A program made the translations under genes and the position numbers. Below the pieces are notes generated by a model. That model ran no database searches, was not told where the DNA came from, and saw only the letters and a list, made by a program, of their open reading frames with translations. Of a stretch of 64,000 nucleotides of DNA, positions 1 to 10,522 are shown in pieces (the first letter of the stretch is position 1; each line of letters begins with the position of its first letter). The DNA is from Waterburya sp. (GTDB lineage: Bacteria > Cyanobacteriota > Cyanobacteriia > Cyanobacteriales > Xenococcaceae), in assembly GCA_965217895.1 (NCBI GenBank), contig CBDCJV010000002.1, positions 2,432,001 through 2,496,000 of the forward strand. The letters are read 5' to 3'.

Positions 1-189
1 CACTCCCATACCGACAATACCAAAGATACTTATGCCCGTGCGGTGGCTTTAGATCTGTTAGCACAGCGTCAGCTAGCCTTTGCCAAATTAAGACAGCGAG
101 GCGTATTAGTTTTAGATGCACCCTGCGATCGCCTTGGCGAAGAATTAGTCGATCGCTATTTGCAGTTAAAAGCCCACAACCTCTTATAG
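1..189 (+). CDS. C-terminal part of a DUF58-like protein (partial, runs off the window start)
   Basis: Frame 1 translates as HSHTDNTKDTYARAVALDLLAQRQLAFAKLRQRGVLVLDAPCDRLGEELVDRYLQLKAHNLL*, resembling the C-terminus of cyanobacterial DUF58 proteins. Not in the ORF track. Confidence 0.7.
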   Translation, partial: HSHTDNTKDTYARAVALDLLAQRQLAFAKLRQRGVLVLDAPCDRLGEELVDRYLQLKAHNLL

Positions 190-253
190 TTTCAATTTTA
201 TTTTATACTCCATAATATTACGCATTCACTGACGGCAATAATTTAAACTGACG

Positions 254-450
254 AGTTAAACCACATCCAGTTTGAAACCAGGAGTTTTTAAGTTGACTGT
301 TCGTAAGTAGCAAGTAGCAAGTAGAAATTATATCCTGCTGTTTGACCAACGGTCACAGCAGGCTTCGTCCGTTTAGGGCGGAGTAATCTGTGACTAGCTC
401 AATCTCCGATTCAAAAACTACGGTTTTCGTTTGACAGACGGGGTTTAACT
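254..450. mobile_element. MITE-like element with imperfect terminal inverted repeats
   Basis: Ends are AGTTAAACC..GAAACC..AGTTTTT and AAAAACT..GGTTTTC..GGTTTAACT. The interior has (AGTAGCA)n heptamers and two hairpins. No target-site duplication seen. Confidence 0.5.
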
Positions 451-575
451 ACTAAGAAAATAACTCCATCAAAACTTGTTGGCTTATAAATAATTGTCAA
501 CACTTATTACTTTTGAGCGATGAATAAATCGAAGATGCACAGAAAAATTGAGGTGTCGTTTATCAAAAGGAAACA

Positions 576-1346
576 ATGAATAAGTACAAACGTTCAGTAG
601 GTTTATTTTATAGTCGCGATGAAGCAGAAAAAGCATTACGCGCTCTCAAGGACGACGGTTTCGACATGAACCGAGTCAACGTCATTGCTAAAGATGCAGA
701 CAAGGTAACAGAATCGGCTGGGGTAGATACAGCTTACGATGAAGGTAACAATGCAGCCGAGGGTGCTGGTGCGGGTGCAGCTTCTGGTGCTGTATTAGGC
801 GGTATCGGTGGTTTATTAGTCGGTTTAGGTACTTTAGCTATTCCTGGCGTTGGTCCAATTATCGTTGCTGGTGAAGCAGCTACAGCTATAGCAACTACTT
901 TAGCTGGTGCGGGTATTGGTGCAGCAGCGGGAGGAATTATCGGCGGTTTGGTAGGCTTGGGTATTCCTGAAGACAAAGCCAAAATCTATAGCGATCGCGT
1001 TGGTGGCGGAAGTTATTTAGTTATGGTCAATGGTACGGATGATGATATCAGCCGTGCAGAGAGAATCTTGCACGACAGTGGTATTGAAGAGTACGGCGTA
1101 TACGATGCTCATGACATTGATGATGACATATATAATAGAGTCCCTAGTACCAATCGCGTAAATACTAACCAGTCTGTAACTAGTATGGGGGATATAGATC
1201 GCTCTGGAGTAATTGAACCCAATACCACAGGTAAGGTTATGGCTACTCGTACTGAAGTCGGTGAACCGACAACCACTAGCGATCGCAATATTACTACAGA
1301 TAGTGATGCCGATGTGATTGTGGTCGAACCGCGAGACAATGTATAA
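576..1346 (+). CDS. General stress protein (YflT/DUF1269-like) with Gly/Ala-rich membrane segment
   Basis: VGLFYSRDEAEKALRALKDDGF N-terminus, GAGAGAASGAVLGG..LAIPGVGPII glycine zipper, GLGIPEDKAKIY. Confidence 0.75.
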   Translation: MNKYKRSVGLFYSRDEAEKALRALKDDGFDMNRVNVIAKDADKVTESAGVDTAYDEGNNAAEGAGAGAASGAVLGGIGGLLVGLGTLAIPGVGPIIVAGEAATAIATTLAGAGIGAAAGGIIGGLVGLGIPEDKAKIYSDRVGGGSYLVMVNGTDDDISRAERILHDSGIEEYGVYDAHDIDDDIYNRVPSTNRVNTNQSVTSMGDIDRSGVIEPNTTGKVMATRTEVGEPTTTSDRNITTDSDADVIVVEPRDNV

Positions 1347-1443
1347 AGTAATTCTCTCGCGTTTCTAACCAATCTATTTCTAGTTAGTCACATTAGCCGA
1401 ACAATCAATACTAATTAGAGACTGATGTTACGCACTAATCAAC

Positions 1444-1487
1444 ACGGGCGTGGAACAAGCTCCCGTTTAGGGAGCGTTTCCACCCGT
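1444..1487. repeat. Intergenic hairpin with GTTTA loop
   Basis: ACGGGCGTGGAA-CAA-GCTCCC-GTTTA-GGGAGC-GT-TTCCACCCGT. Confidence 0.55.
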
Positions 1488-1613
1488 CAATCTGTAAAAC
1501 CGAGGTAATAGGTATTGATGACACGCCCTAAATCGTCTTTGTATCTTTGCTTCAATAATTTGCTAGCTTAATAGCCATATGCAATAGGTTATAAAGCTAG
1601 CAAAGGGGCAAAT

Positions 1614-2396
1614 ATGGAAAGTTTATTGATTTTGGCTGGCGGTGGTGTTGTATCTGGGATTTTAGCTGGATTATTGGGAATAGGCGGAGGATTTTTGATT
1701 GTCTCTTTACTGGTGGCGTTAAATTATCCGCCGATTCAAGCCGTTGCCACAAGTAGCTTGGTAATTATTATGAGTTCTACTGCGGGCAGTTTTACCAACT
1801 GGCGTATGGGCTACTTAGATCTACGTCGAGTATTATATATTGCCATTCCAGCTATTTTATTTGCCCAATTAGGAGTAGAAGTAGCGGTAAAAATACCAAA
1901 CTATATTTTATTAATAATATTTGGCGTATTTTTGCTAACTAATATTTTTCTAATTAAGCTGCGCCAAAATCTGGTTGCGAAGCAAAAAAACTCCTCTAAA
2001 TTATTTAATTTTACCTTAGCCAAGATTTTTACGGGAGGTATTGCTGGTTTCTTAGCTGGTTTATTAGGAGTTGGTGGAGGAACAATTATGGTACCTTTAC
2101 AAATGCTGCTCTTAAATGAAAATATTAAAGTGGCAATTCGGACTAGTTTGGGTGTGATTGTTGCAGCTACAGTTTCTTCTTGTATAAGTTATGCAGCTAA
2201 AGGCAATGTTTTGTTTTTTGAAGGTACAATTCTCGGCATTGGCGGGATGTTAGGTACTCAAATTGGTACAAGGGTCTTGCCAAAGCTATCAGATTCTTTA
2301 GTCAGCAAAATTTTTGTTTTGTTTCTGGCAACTATGGCTATATTTATGTTTTGGAAAGCTTGGAATACCTATCAAAGTATTTCAGTAGAGTTATAA
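1614..2396 (+). CDS. Sulfite exporter TauE/SafE (TSUP) family membrane protein
   Basis: Duplicated GxxAGLLGIGGG / GFLAGLLGVGGG motifs, AVATSS and AIRTSL, hydrophobic throughout. Confidence 0.9.
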   Translation: MESLLILAGGGVVSGILAGLLGIGGGFLIVSLLVALNYPPIQAVATSSLVIIMSSTAGSFTNWRMGYLDLRRVLYIAIPAILFAQLGVEVAVKIPNYILLIIFGVFLLTNIFLIKLRQNLVAKQKNSSKLFNFTLAKIFTGGIAGFLAGLLGVGGGTIMVPLQMLLLNENIKVAIRTSLGVIVAATVSSCISYAAKGNVLFFEGTILGIGGMLGTQIGTRVLPKLSDSLVSKIFVLFLATMAIFMFWKAWNTYQSISVEL

Positions 2397-2430
2397 GCAA
2401 CTAAACTATAGATTGAGACGTTAGATTTGA

Positions 2431-2460
2431 TGAAGAGGCATTTCGCGAAACGCCCTTACA
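2431..2460. repeat. Degenerate REP-like palindrome
   Basis: TGAAGAGGCATTTCGCGAAACGCCCTTACA, related to the palindrome at 32543. Confidence 0.5.
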
Positions 2461-2585
2461 AGGGCTATGTATTTTAACTTTTATTTTGAGCAGTCAAAAT
2501 TTTATATTAGTTTAAAAAGTGGCTTTTAATCTTGAGAAGCCTTTATTATATTTGTTGGTAAATTAAATAAGCGTTCTATATTTTG

Positions 2586-2981
2586 ATGTCAATTACTATT
2601 AATAAAAGCAATTTAAAAGTCATAGATGAAGAGCTTTCCAAACGTCCTATTGCTCTCGATCCTGGTGGTTATTACGTTATTTATTTAGATCGTGAGGCGG
2701 GGTTAATTTGCGCTAAACACTATACCAATTCAATCAACGAACAAGGATTGGCGGTAGATCCCCAAACAGGAGATGTAATTGCTTGTGGAGGCAAAAAAGT
2801 TGTTGAGCGTCCCGTAGAAAAGCTGTACACAGGTAGAACTGCTAAAGAACTCTGTGTCGAAGTAGTTGAGAAACCCCAACCTTGTCCGATTACCATGCTA
2901 GATCATGCTGCATATTTGGGTAGGGAATTTGTTAGGGCTGAATATGCTTTGGTTAATGGTATCGAGTATATTCAAGATTAG
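2586..2981 (+). CDS. DUF4346 domain protein
   Basis: IALDPGGYYVIY, GRTAKEL, LDHAAYLGREFVRAEYAL..YIQD. Confidence 0.85.
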   Translation: MSITINKSNLKVIDEELSKRPIALDPGGYYVIYLDREAGLICAKHYTNSINEQGLAVDPQTGDVIACGGKKVVERPVEKLYTGRTAKELCVEVVEKPQPCPITMLDHAAYLGREFVRAEYALVNGIEYIQD

Positions 2982-3100
2982 TACCAACACAGCATACTTA
3001 GTCAGGTGGGCAAGATACTTTTGAGTTTTTTATTGTGTTTTAAGCCAAGTATTGCCCACTCTACTCTTAATTTTGTCAACGACACCTCGTCTACTGAGAG

Positions 3101-3826
3101 TTAATTGCCCAATCCTACATACCAGTAGTAAGTCGCCATCGGAATAACGGTAGCAACAATTAAAAAGCCAATCACCCAAACGGTTGCACTACCCTGATCT
3201 GTATCTTCAGCTTTGGTAAATGTACCTTCGATTTGAACTTCGTCTTCAATAACTGGAGGTCCTGGATCTTCTTGACCAGAAAGAACTGCTGTTAGGCGAT
3301 CGCCTGTATCAATAAAAGCCTGATTGTATTTACTATCTTTGCGAATATTGTAGCCAATAGTATCATCAATAATACTATTAGCCATATCTGCATTGACGAA
3401 TCCTTTAGCAGTCTCTCCAGTACGAATTGCAGCTTTGTTAGTTAAAGTATCCATAACTATTAAAGTTTGATTGGCTTGTGCCTCAGAAGTAGGATACCAA
3501 GCTTCAAATATCTCTTTTGCTAGACTATCTACCGTTTCGCCATAGTCTAAGCGACGAACTGCCACCATTCTTACTTCTTGACCTGTCTTAGTCGCCAATT
3601 CTTGTAAGTCTTTGGTTAATTTGCTTTGATTAGAGTTGCTAATAGCATTAGCCGTGTCAACCACCCAAATTCGATCGGCATCAAAATCGGGTAGATCGAA
3701 TAATCCTGTGGCGATCGCTGGAGTTGCCAAACAGGAAATAAAAATCACAAGTAACAAGGATGAAGCAATTAGGTTTTTTAAGCGTATACCAGCCTGTTTC
3801 AACGCTATTGGGTAGGACTTTATCAT
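3101..3826 (-). CDS. psb32: TPM-domain photosystem II repair protein Psb32
   Basis: Signal peptide, WVVDTANAIS, VRMVAVRRLDYGET, C-terminal TM helix ending ATVIPMATYYWY. Confidence 0.85.
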   Translation of the reverse strand: MIKSYPIALKQAGIRLKNLIASSLLLVIFISCLATPAIATGLFDLPDFDADRIWVVDTANAISNSNQSKLTKDLQELATKTGQEVRMVAVRRLDYGETVDSLAKEIFEAWYPTSEAQANQTLIVMDTLTNKAAIRTGETAKGFVNADMANSIIDDTIGYNIRKDSKYNQAFIDTGDRLTAVLSGQEDPGPPVIEDEVQIEGTFTKAEDTDQGSATVWVIGFLIVATVIPMATYYWYVGLGN

Positions 3827-4004
3827 GTTTTTCTCAAATAACTACTTATTTTAAGGAATATATCTTAGCTGACAGCAAAAATATCTGTTGAATGTCTATA
3901 TAAATAATAAAGCCCAGAGTTACCTCTAGGCTGTAATAAATTAGTGACTTATGAGCATAAAACTTTAGTCATCCTTAAGTTCTCTACTCTCAATCTCCTG
4001 AAAA

Positions 4005-4490
4005 TCAAAGACCAGGGATTAGATTTCTAAAGTCACCGATATAGGCGGTTGAAAGCAAGAAATAAGCAAAGAATGCTCCGCCAGCACCACCAATAAAGAA
4101 GCCACTACCAAACTCACTCCAGCCTTCTTTGGTAGCGAAAGCAGCAGGAACATTACCTGTAGTAATTGTTTCGGTTGGTTTGCCACCCATAGTACTAGCA
4201 TATAGAGACAAACAAAGAGTCAAGATTGCTACTAAACCAATAGATGATAATAAAGCTCCAATATCGGCACTTTGGGTGTTTCTTAATGGTCCTAAAACTA
4301 GAAATGGACCATAGAGAAAATATCCATGAGCCATACCTACTTCTAAGCCACGGCGAAATGGTGCTAACCCATCGCGGTAGGCGGGTAGATTGCGGATTAA
4401 GGTTTTGCTAAAGTCGGAAGAATTAAGAGGAGTAGCCAAGTTGCCGATTTGTGGATCTCCAGCGGGCTGAATTGCATTGTATTCGTTCAT
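4005..4490 (-). CDS. psaL: Photosystem I subunit XI
   Basis: DPQIGNLATPLN, NLPAYRDGL..RRGLEVGMAHGYFLYGPF..LGPLRN. Confidence 0.97.
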   Translation of the reverse strand: MNEYNAIQPAGDPQIGNLATPLNSSDFSKTLIRNLPAYRDGLAPFRRGLEVGMAHGYFLYGPFLVLGPLRNTQSADIGALLSSIGLVAILTLCLSLYASTMGGKPTETITTGNVPAAFATKEGWSEFGSGFFIGGAGGAFFAYFLLSTAYIGDFRNLIPGL

Positions 4491-4661
4491 AAAGATTCAA
4501 TTTCTCCTAAATTTTGTATTTGTACGAATCCTTTAAATAGCATCACTCTATCTTGGTTTAAGTTCGCTTTTTGTTAAGAATCTTTATAACTAAACCTATT
4601 GGGGTTAGGCTTGGCAGTAATATCCATGTTGTTAACGTTCTTTAAAATAGGAAAGTAAACT

Positions 4662-4787
4662 ATGATTGGCGATTATGCAGCTTCTTGGTTACCTGTAGCT
4701 ATGGTACCTCTCGTGGGCATTGTAAGCGCAGCAGTTTCTATGGCTCTTCTCTTCATTTATATTGAAGGCGAAACCCAAACAAAATAA
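4662..4787 (+). CDS. psaI: Photosystem I subunit VIII (41 aa, below the ORF-track cutoff)
   Basis: Manual translation MIGDYAASWLPVAMVPLVGIVSAAVSMALLFIYIEGETQTK*. AGGAAAG upstream. Divergent from psaL. Confidence 0.95.
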   Translation: MIGDYAASWLPVAMVPLVGIVSAAVSMALLFIYIEGETQTK

Positions 4788-4838
4788 TCCAGCAAAACTA
4801 GTATCTTAAGTAATCTTACTTTTGCTTATCAAAAGTTA

Positions 4839-4870
4839 ATACTCTGCCTCTTGTGGCGGGGTATTTTTTT
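4839..4870 (+). terminator. Intrinsic terminator after psaI
   Basis: ATACTCTGCC-TCTTGT-GGCGGGGTAT hairpin followed by a T-run. Confidence 0.65.
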
Positions 4871-4881
4871 AGAATCACAGA

Positions 4882-6054
4882 TTATCTGACTGTTATTAGT
4901 AGTAAAGCGATCGCAATTAAAGCAAAGATACTTCCACAGACAAAAGTTGCTTGAGGGCTGATATTTTGCCATAAGCTTCCTGCAATTAAGTTAGCTGGTA
5001 AAAGTGCAATTCCCGTAGCCAAGTTGATTCCGCCAAAAGCCGTACCCCTTAAATTGGCGGGAACTCTATCGGCTACAAAAGCTAATAATACACCCTGACT
5101 CATGCCCTGATGAAGTCCATACAAGCCAAACAACAGCCAAACTTGCCAGGTATGATTGACAAAGGCAAAACCAAGATAGGTCAAGGCATATAATAATATT
5201 CCGTTACTAAATAGACCTATTCGACCAATGCGATCGGATAATAAACCTACAGGATAAGCACTAAGAGAATAGGCTATATTCATAACCACTAAAGTAAGCG
5301 GTATAAGGTTAGCAGCAATACCAATTTGCTCAGCTCGTAATAATAAAAAAGCATCGCTGGAGTTGCCTAGGTTAAACAATAATGCCACTAGCATCAGCAA
5401 CCAATAGTTTTTACCCAAGCTGCTCAATGATGCCCAGTTTAAGGGATTATTTCGCTGTTGAGTAACCGCAGCTTTTGGTTCTTTGATCCCTTTTGCCAAG
5501 AGAGCTACAGCCAAAATTCCAGGTAGGACAGCTAACCAAAACACTAGTCGAAAATTTTGCCCAGATACAGACATTAAGCCAAAAGCAGCTAAAGGACCTA
5601 AAAATGCGCCAATAGTATCGAGGGATTGGCGAAAACCATAAGCAGCACCACGACTAGCTAGATCGGTAGCATCTGCAACTAGAGCATCGCGAGGCGCAAC
5701 CCGAATTCCTTTGCCTAGGCGATCGCCAAAACGAGCAATTAAAACCCAAGTTGGATTAATTGCCATAGCAAATAATGGTTTGACCAGGGTTGATAATCCA
5801 TAACCTGCTATAGCCAGAGTTTTACGCTTTCCTAAATAATCACTTAAAGCACCAGAAAAGACTTTTAGAATAGAAGCTGTGGATTCAGCAATTCCTTCAA
5901 TTGAACCGACAGTAACTAGATTTGCGCCTAAAGAAGAAACTAGAAACAAAGGAAGTACCGAATGAATCATCTCAGTACTTATATCTGTCAATAGACTAAC
6001 GAATCCTAAAACCCAAACATTGTCAGGAATGTTAGGTAAAAGCTTGAATTTCAA
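4882..6054 (-). CDS. MFS transporter
   Basis: GALSDYLGKRK and GLLSDRIGR motif A, DRLGKGIRVAPRDAL, about 12 TM segments. Confidence 0.92.
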   Translation of the reverse strand: MKFKLLPNIPDNVWVLGFVSLLTDISTEMIHSVLPLFLVSSLGANLVTVGSIEGIAESTASILKVFSGALSDYLGKRKTLAIAGYGLSTLVKPLFAMAINPTWVLIARFGDRLGKGIRVAPRDALVADATDLASRGAAYGFRQSLDTIGAFLGPLAAFGLMSVSGQNFRLVFWLAVLPGILAVALLAKGIKEPKAAVTQQRNNPLNWASLSSLGKNYWLLMLVALLFNLGNSSDAFLLLRAEQIGIAANLIPLTLVVMNIAYSLSAYPVGLLSDRIGRIGLFSNGILLYALTYLGFAFVNHTWQVWLLFGLYGLHQGMSQGVLLAFVADRVPANLRGTAFGGINLATGIALLPANLIAGSLWQNISPQATFVCGSIFALIAIALLLITVR

Positions 6055-6557
6055 AATATCTACTGGTTCAATAATTAGTCCATTCAGTATAAATCTAAAA
6101 TCATTATCTTACGGCGGTTTTAACACGATTAATTTGACATTTCACTTCTATTCAAGTGTTCTCGGTAATTTTCTAGCGAGATGGAAGTAATTAGAAAATA
6201 CATCTGCCCCAAGAAATATTTTTTTTTTTTAGCTCAATAAGCAATAAGAGCTGCATTCAATCATCATTTATCTTTTTAAGCAGTTGAGATAATTCAACCT
6301 AAGATAGATAAAATATTGCGACAAATGTTTGAGTATTAATTAGTAGCAAATACTTTTAAAAAATAGCGGTCAACCGAAAAAAGTAGTTTACAACTGCAAA
6401 TCTTAGATTATCGATCGACCTTCTGATCTTTAAGTTTAAAAAAGAAGCAATACGATATTAGCTAAAAATAAAATTCGTAATCAAGAATCAAAGAGTAAAA
6501 GCGTACTATACGCTAATTGAACAACAGAAACCAAATTAAAAAAATACGGGAATAAGC

Positions 6558-7358
6558 ATGGATTTTGGCATAAAAGACAAGGTAGCTGTAATTACTGGAG
6601 GAGACTCTGGCATGGGCAGGGCAACAGCCAAGTTGCTAGCAGCTGAGGGCGTTAAAATTGCTTTAATAGACAAAACTAACGATGAATTAAATACAACCGC
6701 AGCAGAAATTAACAAGATTGGTGAAGCAATATCAGTAACCGCAGATTTAAGAAACTTAGAAGCAGTTGAAGCAGCAAAACAACAGATACTTGAGCATTAT
6801 GGCACGGTTCATATTTTAGTTAACTGCGCTGGGATAACAGGTTCAACCAAAGAATTTTTGAGTTTAACCGATGAAGACTGGTACGAAACTATCGATGTTG
6901 ATTTTATGTCTGCGGTAAGGATGTGTAGAGCCTTTATTCCCTCCATGCAAAAAGAAGGCTGGGGCAGAATTGTCCTCATTGGTTCAGAAGATGCCGTGCA
7001 GCCATACACCGATGAGATGCCTTACTGTGCAGCCAAAGCTGGAATACTCAATTTAACCAAAAACCTATCTAAAGCCTTTGCTAAGGACGGTATTTTGATT
7101 AACTCAGTTTCTCCTGCCTATATTGCCACGCCAATGACTGATGCCATGATGGAAAAACGAGCAAAAGAAAAAGGGATGAGTTTTGATGAGGCAATTGAAA
7201 CTTTCCTAGATGAAAAACGCCCTCACTTAGAATTACGTCGTCGAGGCAAAGCGCAAGAGGTAGCTGCGGTAATTGCCTTTCTTTGTTCTCAACATTCAAG
7301 CTTTGTTGTGGGTGCAAATTATCGAGTTGATGGTGGTTCTGTAGCTACCGTTGGTTAA
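6558..7358 (+). CDS. SDR family oxidoreductase
   Basis: TGGDSGMG, VNCAG, YCAAK catalytic motif, VDGG. Confidence 0.93.
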   Translation: MDFGIKDKVAVITGGDSGMGRATAKLLAAEGVKIALIDKTNDELNTTAAEINKIGEAISVTADLRNLEAVEAAKQQILEHYGTVHILVNCAGITGSTKEFLSLTDEDWYETIDVDFMSAVRMCRAFIPSMQKEGWGRIVLIGSEDAVQPYTDEMPYCAAKAGILNLTKNLSKAFAKDGILINSVSPAYIATPMTDAMMEKRAKEKGMSFDEAIETFLDEKRPHLELRRRGKAQEVAAVIAFLCSQHSSFVVGANYRVDGGSVATVG

Positions 7359-7364
7359 TTTATC

Positions 7365-7616
7365 AAAAAAGCTTTTAGCCTTTAGCTTTTAGCTTTTAGC
7401 CTTGGTTTAACTTCCAAAAGCGCATTGCGAGACAGTTACGTTGCGCGGGTTTCCCGCGTTGAGTAAACTGTCGAGGGCGGGTTCAAGACCCCACCGTCTG
7501 CACGGTGTCTACGATCGCCCAATTGTTCAAGACTATGTTTGATCGAGCTAAGAGCTAAGAGCTAATAGCTGGGCGAAGCCCTTTATTTTAGTAGGGGCGA
7601 ACGTTCGTTCGCCCCT
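7365..7616. repeat. Composite repeat tract: heptamer tandem repeats, GC-rich small dispersed repeats and a REP-like palindrome
   Basis: (TTTTAGC)n on the left, (GCTAAGA)n on the right, internal GACAGTT..CGCGGGTTTCCCGCG..AAACTGTC hairpin, and GTAGGGGCGAACGTTCGTTCGCCCCT at 7591-7616. Confidence 0.8.
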
Positions 7617-7626
7617 AGGTATTTGC

Positions 7627-8820
7627 CTAAGACAAGATAATTGCCACGGGAAAAGTTACCGTAAAAGTAGAGCCTTGTTCAAGTTGGGAAACTAAATCAA
7701 CTTTGCCTTGTAGCAGCTTGACTAGCTTTTCGACAATGGCTAATCCTAAGCCAGTGCCGTCGTCAGAAGGATCGCTCTTTGAACTAGCTCGATAATAAGG
7801 TTCAAAAATATGGGTTTGTACTTCTGGGCTAATGCCGATGCCTGTATCTTCAACCACAATCGACCATCGATCGTGATCGTCGCTTTTACAGGTAATTCTT
7901 ATAGTTCCTGATTCGGTGTAGCGAATAGCGTTGCTAACCAGATTAGTAAGCACCTGCTGTAGTCTTAATGAATCGGTTTGTACCAATTTAGGAGCATCAT
8001 TACCATCAAAAATTATTTCCAGATTTTTTTGATTGGCAGAAGGTTCAAAAGCCTCTGTAACTCCAAGAATTAGCGATCGCAAATCGATTGATTCTAATTT
8101 TAACGGTATTTTACCCATTTCATAACGGGATATTTCCAGCACGTCGTTAATCAAACGCAGCAGTTGTTTGCTATTTTTAATAACTTTTCTGGTCATTTGT
8201 AGATCCAGAGCATTTTCTCCCTGGGCAGATCTTTGTTGTTGCTGCATCAAAAGGTTAGAAAAGCCCATTATAGAATTGAGGGGAGACTTGAGTTCATGAG
8301 CCAAATGAGCCAAATCTTCTTTTTGTGTTTCTATCAAGCGCGTTAATTCTTGATTGGTTAGTACCAGTTGACCTCTTAGTTGCCTGAATTCTTCTAATCG
8401 CGCATCTACATAGCTATCTAGAGACAAAGAAACAACATGGTCTATTACTGAGTCAATAAGCTCGATTGTCTGAAACATTTCATCTCTAGAGCCAGTTAGT
8501 AAGTCTGGCTTCAGGATTGCAAAAATAATTTTCCGTAATAAACTATATTCCCGCATAATTTCAGCCACGTCATAGCCCTGTTCGGCTCTGATAAATCCAT
8601 GCTCTAAACCACCATTTTGTAGCTGTTGCGGTTTATCGGTTATGGAATCTGAGAGTAAACTAGCCAGTGCTTCTATCACTAGAGGAATGCTGTCTCGTAC
8701 CGATGTATGGGCAAGACCTTTAGAGCTTTTGATGTCTATATCTTGGCGAATGGTTTCGATCCAACTTTCAACGATGGTGTCGGTTTTTGCTAGCAGAATC
8801 TTGCCAATATCGTTGCTCAA
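7627..8820 (-). CDS. Histidine kinase with N-terminal RsbRD_N-like domain
   Basis: EHGFIRAEQGYDVAEIMREY. H-box LAHELKSPL, N-box NLVSNAIRYT, DTGIGI, GTGLGL. No TM segment. Confidence 0.9.
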   Translation of the reverse strand: MSNDIGKILLAKTDTIVESWIETIRQDIDIKSSKGLAHTSVRDSIPLVIEALASLLSDSITDKPQQLQNGGLEHGFIRAEQGYDVAEIMREYSLLRKIIFAILKPDLLTGSRDEMFQTIELIDSVIDHVVSLSLDSYVDARLEEFRQLRGQLVLTNQELTRLIETQKEDLAHLAHELKSPLNSIMGFSNLLMQQQQRSAQGENALDLQMTRKVIKNSKQLLRLINDVLEISRYEMGKIPLKLESIDLRSLILGVTEAFEPSANQKNLEIIFDGNDAPKLVQTDSLRLQQVLTNLVSNAIRYTESGTIRITCKSDDHDRWSIVVEDTGIGISPEVQTHIFEPYYRASSKSDPSDDGTGLGLAIVEKLVKLLQGKVDLVSQLEQGSTFTVTFPVAIILS

Positions 8821-8910
8821 GGAATATTACCAAATCATATATTTGCTAACTTATTACAATAATACCTATATCTATCTGATGTCAAACAGCTAGGCGTTGG
8901 TGATTTAACT

Positions 8911-9021
8911 TATAGTCATTCCAATTAATTTCCGCAGGTTTATCTGTGGTAGAAGGCAGAAGGTTTACGCTTAACTGCTACAGTTTTTTTATCTATATGG
9001 TTTCTATTTAGAATGACTATA
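8911..9021. mobile_element. MITE-like element, 111 bp
   Basis: TIRs TATAGTCATTCCAATTA / TATTTAGAATGACTATA (first 11 bp perfect). No ORF inside. Confidence 0.7.
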
Positions 9022-9119
9022 AATGTCGAAAAGAATTCCCTTATGTTCTATAGCTTAGGGATGAATTTTCGATCAGTTAAATTATTTTAGAGCTTACAGC
9101 CTATAGCTTATAACTTTTT

Positions 9120-10343
9120 CTAAGACAGTCCCTTTAGCTGAGTTGTGACAACTTTTAATTTCAAAGTGCGATCGCTGCGTTTCACGGTAAACTGTAGGCT
9201 TTGATTTAGGTTACTGCTGTCCACAACCGACTGTAATTGACCTGCATCGGTAATTGTTTGACCATCAATAGCTACAATTACGTCTCCCAGTCGCAAACCT
9301 GCTTTTTCGGCTGGTGTATTGGGTAAAACTCTAACGATCAATACCCCATTTGTTTCGGGAATAGCAAAAGGAGAATTAGGATTTTGGTTGTTTTTTTGAG
9401 CCAACTCAGGAGTTAGACTTCGCATCTGCACACCAATATAAGGATGGGGAACTTGTTTACCCGCAATCAGAGTATCAGTAATGGATTTTACTTTGTCAAT
9501 GGGAATAGCAAAGCCGATGCCGTTAGCATCAGGACGAATAGCTGTATTAATACCAATCACGTCCCCCTGTTCATTGAGTAATGGTCCGCCAGAGTTACCA
9601 GGATTGATAGCTGCATCGGTTTGCAAAAAGTCAATTTTCTTGTCGGGGATACCAACCTCAGCCGAGGAACGAGTTAAAGTACTAATAATGCCCAAGGTAA
9701 CGGTATTGTCCAAGCCCACAGGGTTTCCCACAGCGATCGCCCAGTCTCCGACTCGAACATCACCAGAGCTACCTAATACAGCGATCGGCAGATCTTCGCC
9801 TGGATCGTCAATTTTTACTACCGCCAAATCAGTTACCTCGTCAGTGCCTTTAACCACCCCTACAAATTCTCGTCCGTCTTTGAGAGTTACGGTCACTCGA
9901 TCTGCACCACTAACTACATGGGCGTTAGTTAAAATCGTGCCGTCTTTTTGGGTAATAAAGCCCGAACCTTGTCCTCGTAACTGCCTTTGTCTGGGCATTT
10001 GTTCCCCAAGGCGATCGCCAAAAAATTCCCGAAAGAAAGGATCTTGAAACATGGGATCTATTTTGGTGGCAATAGTTTTCTCTGTATCAATTCTAACTAC
10101 GGCTGCTCCAGTCTTGGCTACTGCTGCTGCCACGAAACTAGTAGAAGCTTTGGCAACAGGTGCTTGTGCTTGAATTTGTGGTTGAGGGGTAAGGGTAATA
10201 GTATTTTGTTTAGTTTGGGAATCTATAGGCAAGGTGTCTGCCTTTGAAGACATCACTCTAATACTGCTAAAAGTTAAAATAACTCCTAAAAAAAGGGCTA
10301 TGGCATGACTAGCCACTTTACCTAGAAATCGCTGCTTGGTCAT
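9120..10343 (-). CDS. hhoA: HtrA/DegQ-family serine protease with PDZ domain (HhoA-like)
   Basis: TNAHVV, DLAVVKI, AINPGNSGGPL catalytic triad and a C-terminal PDZ domain. Confidence 0.9.
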   Translation of the reverse strand: MTKQRFLGKVASHAIALFLGVILTFSSIRVMSSKADTLPIDSQTKQNTITLTPQPQIQAQAPVAKASTSFVAAAVAKTGAAVVRIDTEKTIATKIDPMFQDPFFREFFGDRLGEQMPRQRQLRGQGSGFITQKDGTILTNAHVVSGADRVTVTLKDGREFVGVVKGTDEVTDLAVVKIDDPGEDLPIAVLGSSGDVRVGDWAIAVGNPVGLDNTVTLGIISTLTRSSAEVGIPDKKIDFLQTDAAINPGNSGGPLLNEQGDVIGINTAIRPDANGIGFAIPIDKVKSITDTLIAGKQVPHPYIGVQMRSLTPELAQKNNQNPNSPFAIPETNGVLIVRVLPNTPAEKAGLRLGDVIVAIDGQTITDAGQLQSVVDSSNLNQSLQFTVKRSDRTLKLKVVTTQLKGLS

Positions 10344-10522
10344 TATTTTTAATTAACTTAAATATTTTTGAATTAATCATACGTTTTAATCATAGCTTGA
10401 CTAAATATCCGCCTGCTATGACTAGAACAACGATAATTAGCTTTTTTAGGATTTTGCTTCTACTTGCAATCTTATAGCCATAAGTTCTAAGCTTTAAGCC
10501 ATAGGTTGATGACAATTAATTC

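Noticed and set aside
7365..7616. Possible CRISPR array or tRNA/ncRNA in the GC-rich intergenic tracts (also 17355-17608)
   Set aside because: No constant repeat with unique equal-length spacers, no cas genes and no tRNA cloverleaf or T-loop. Better explained as nested small repeats.
9481..10047. 188-aa antisense ORF and the other short ORFs nested in or opposite long genes
   Set aside because: Shadows of well-supported genes with no independent motifs.
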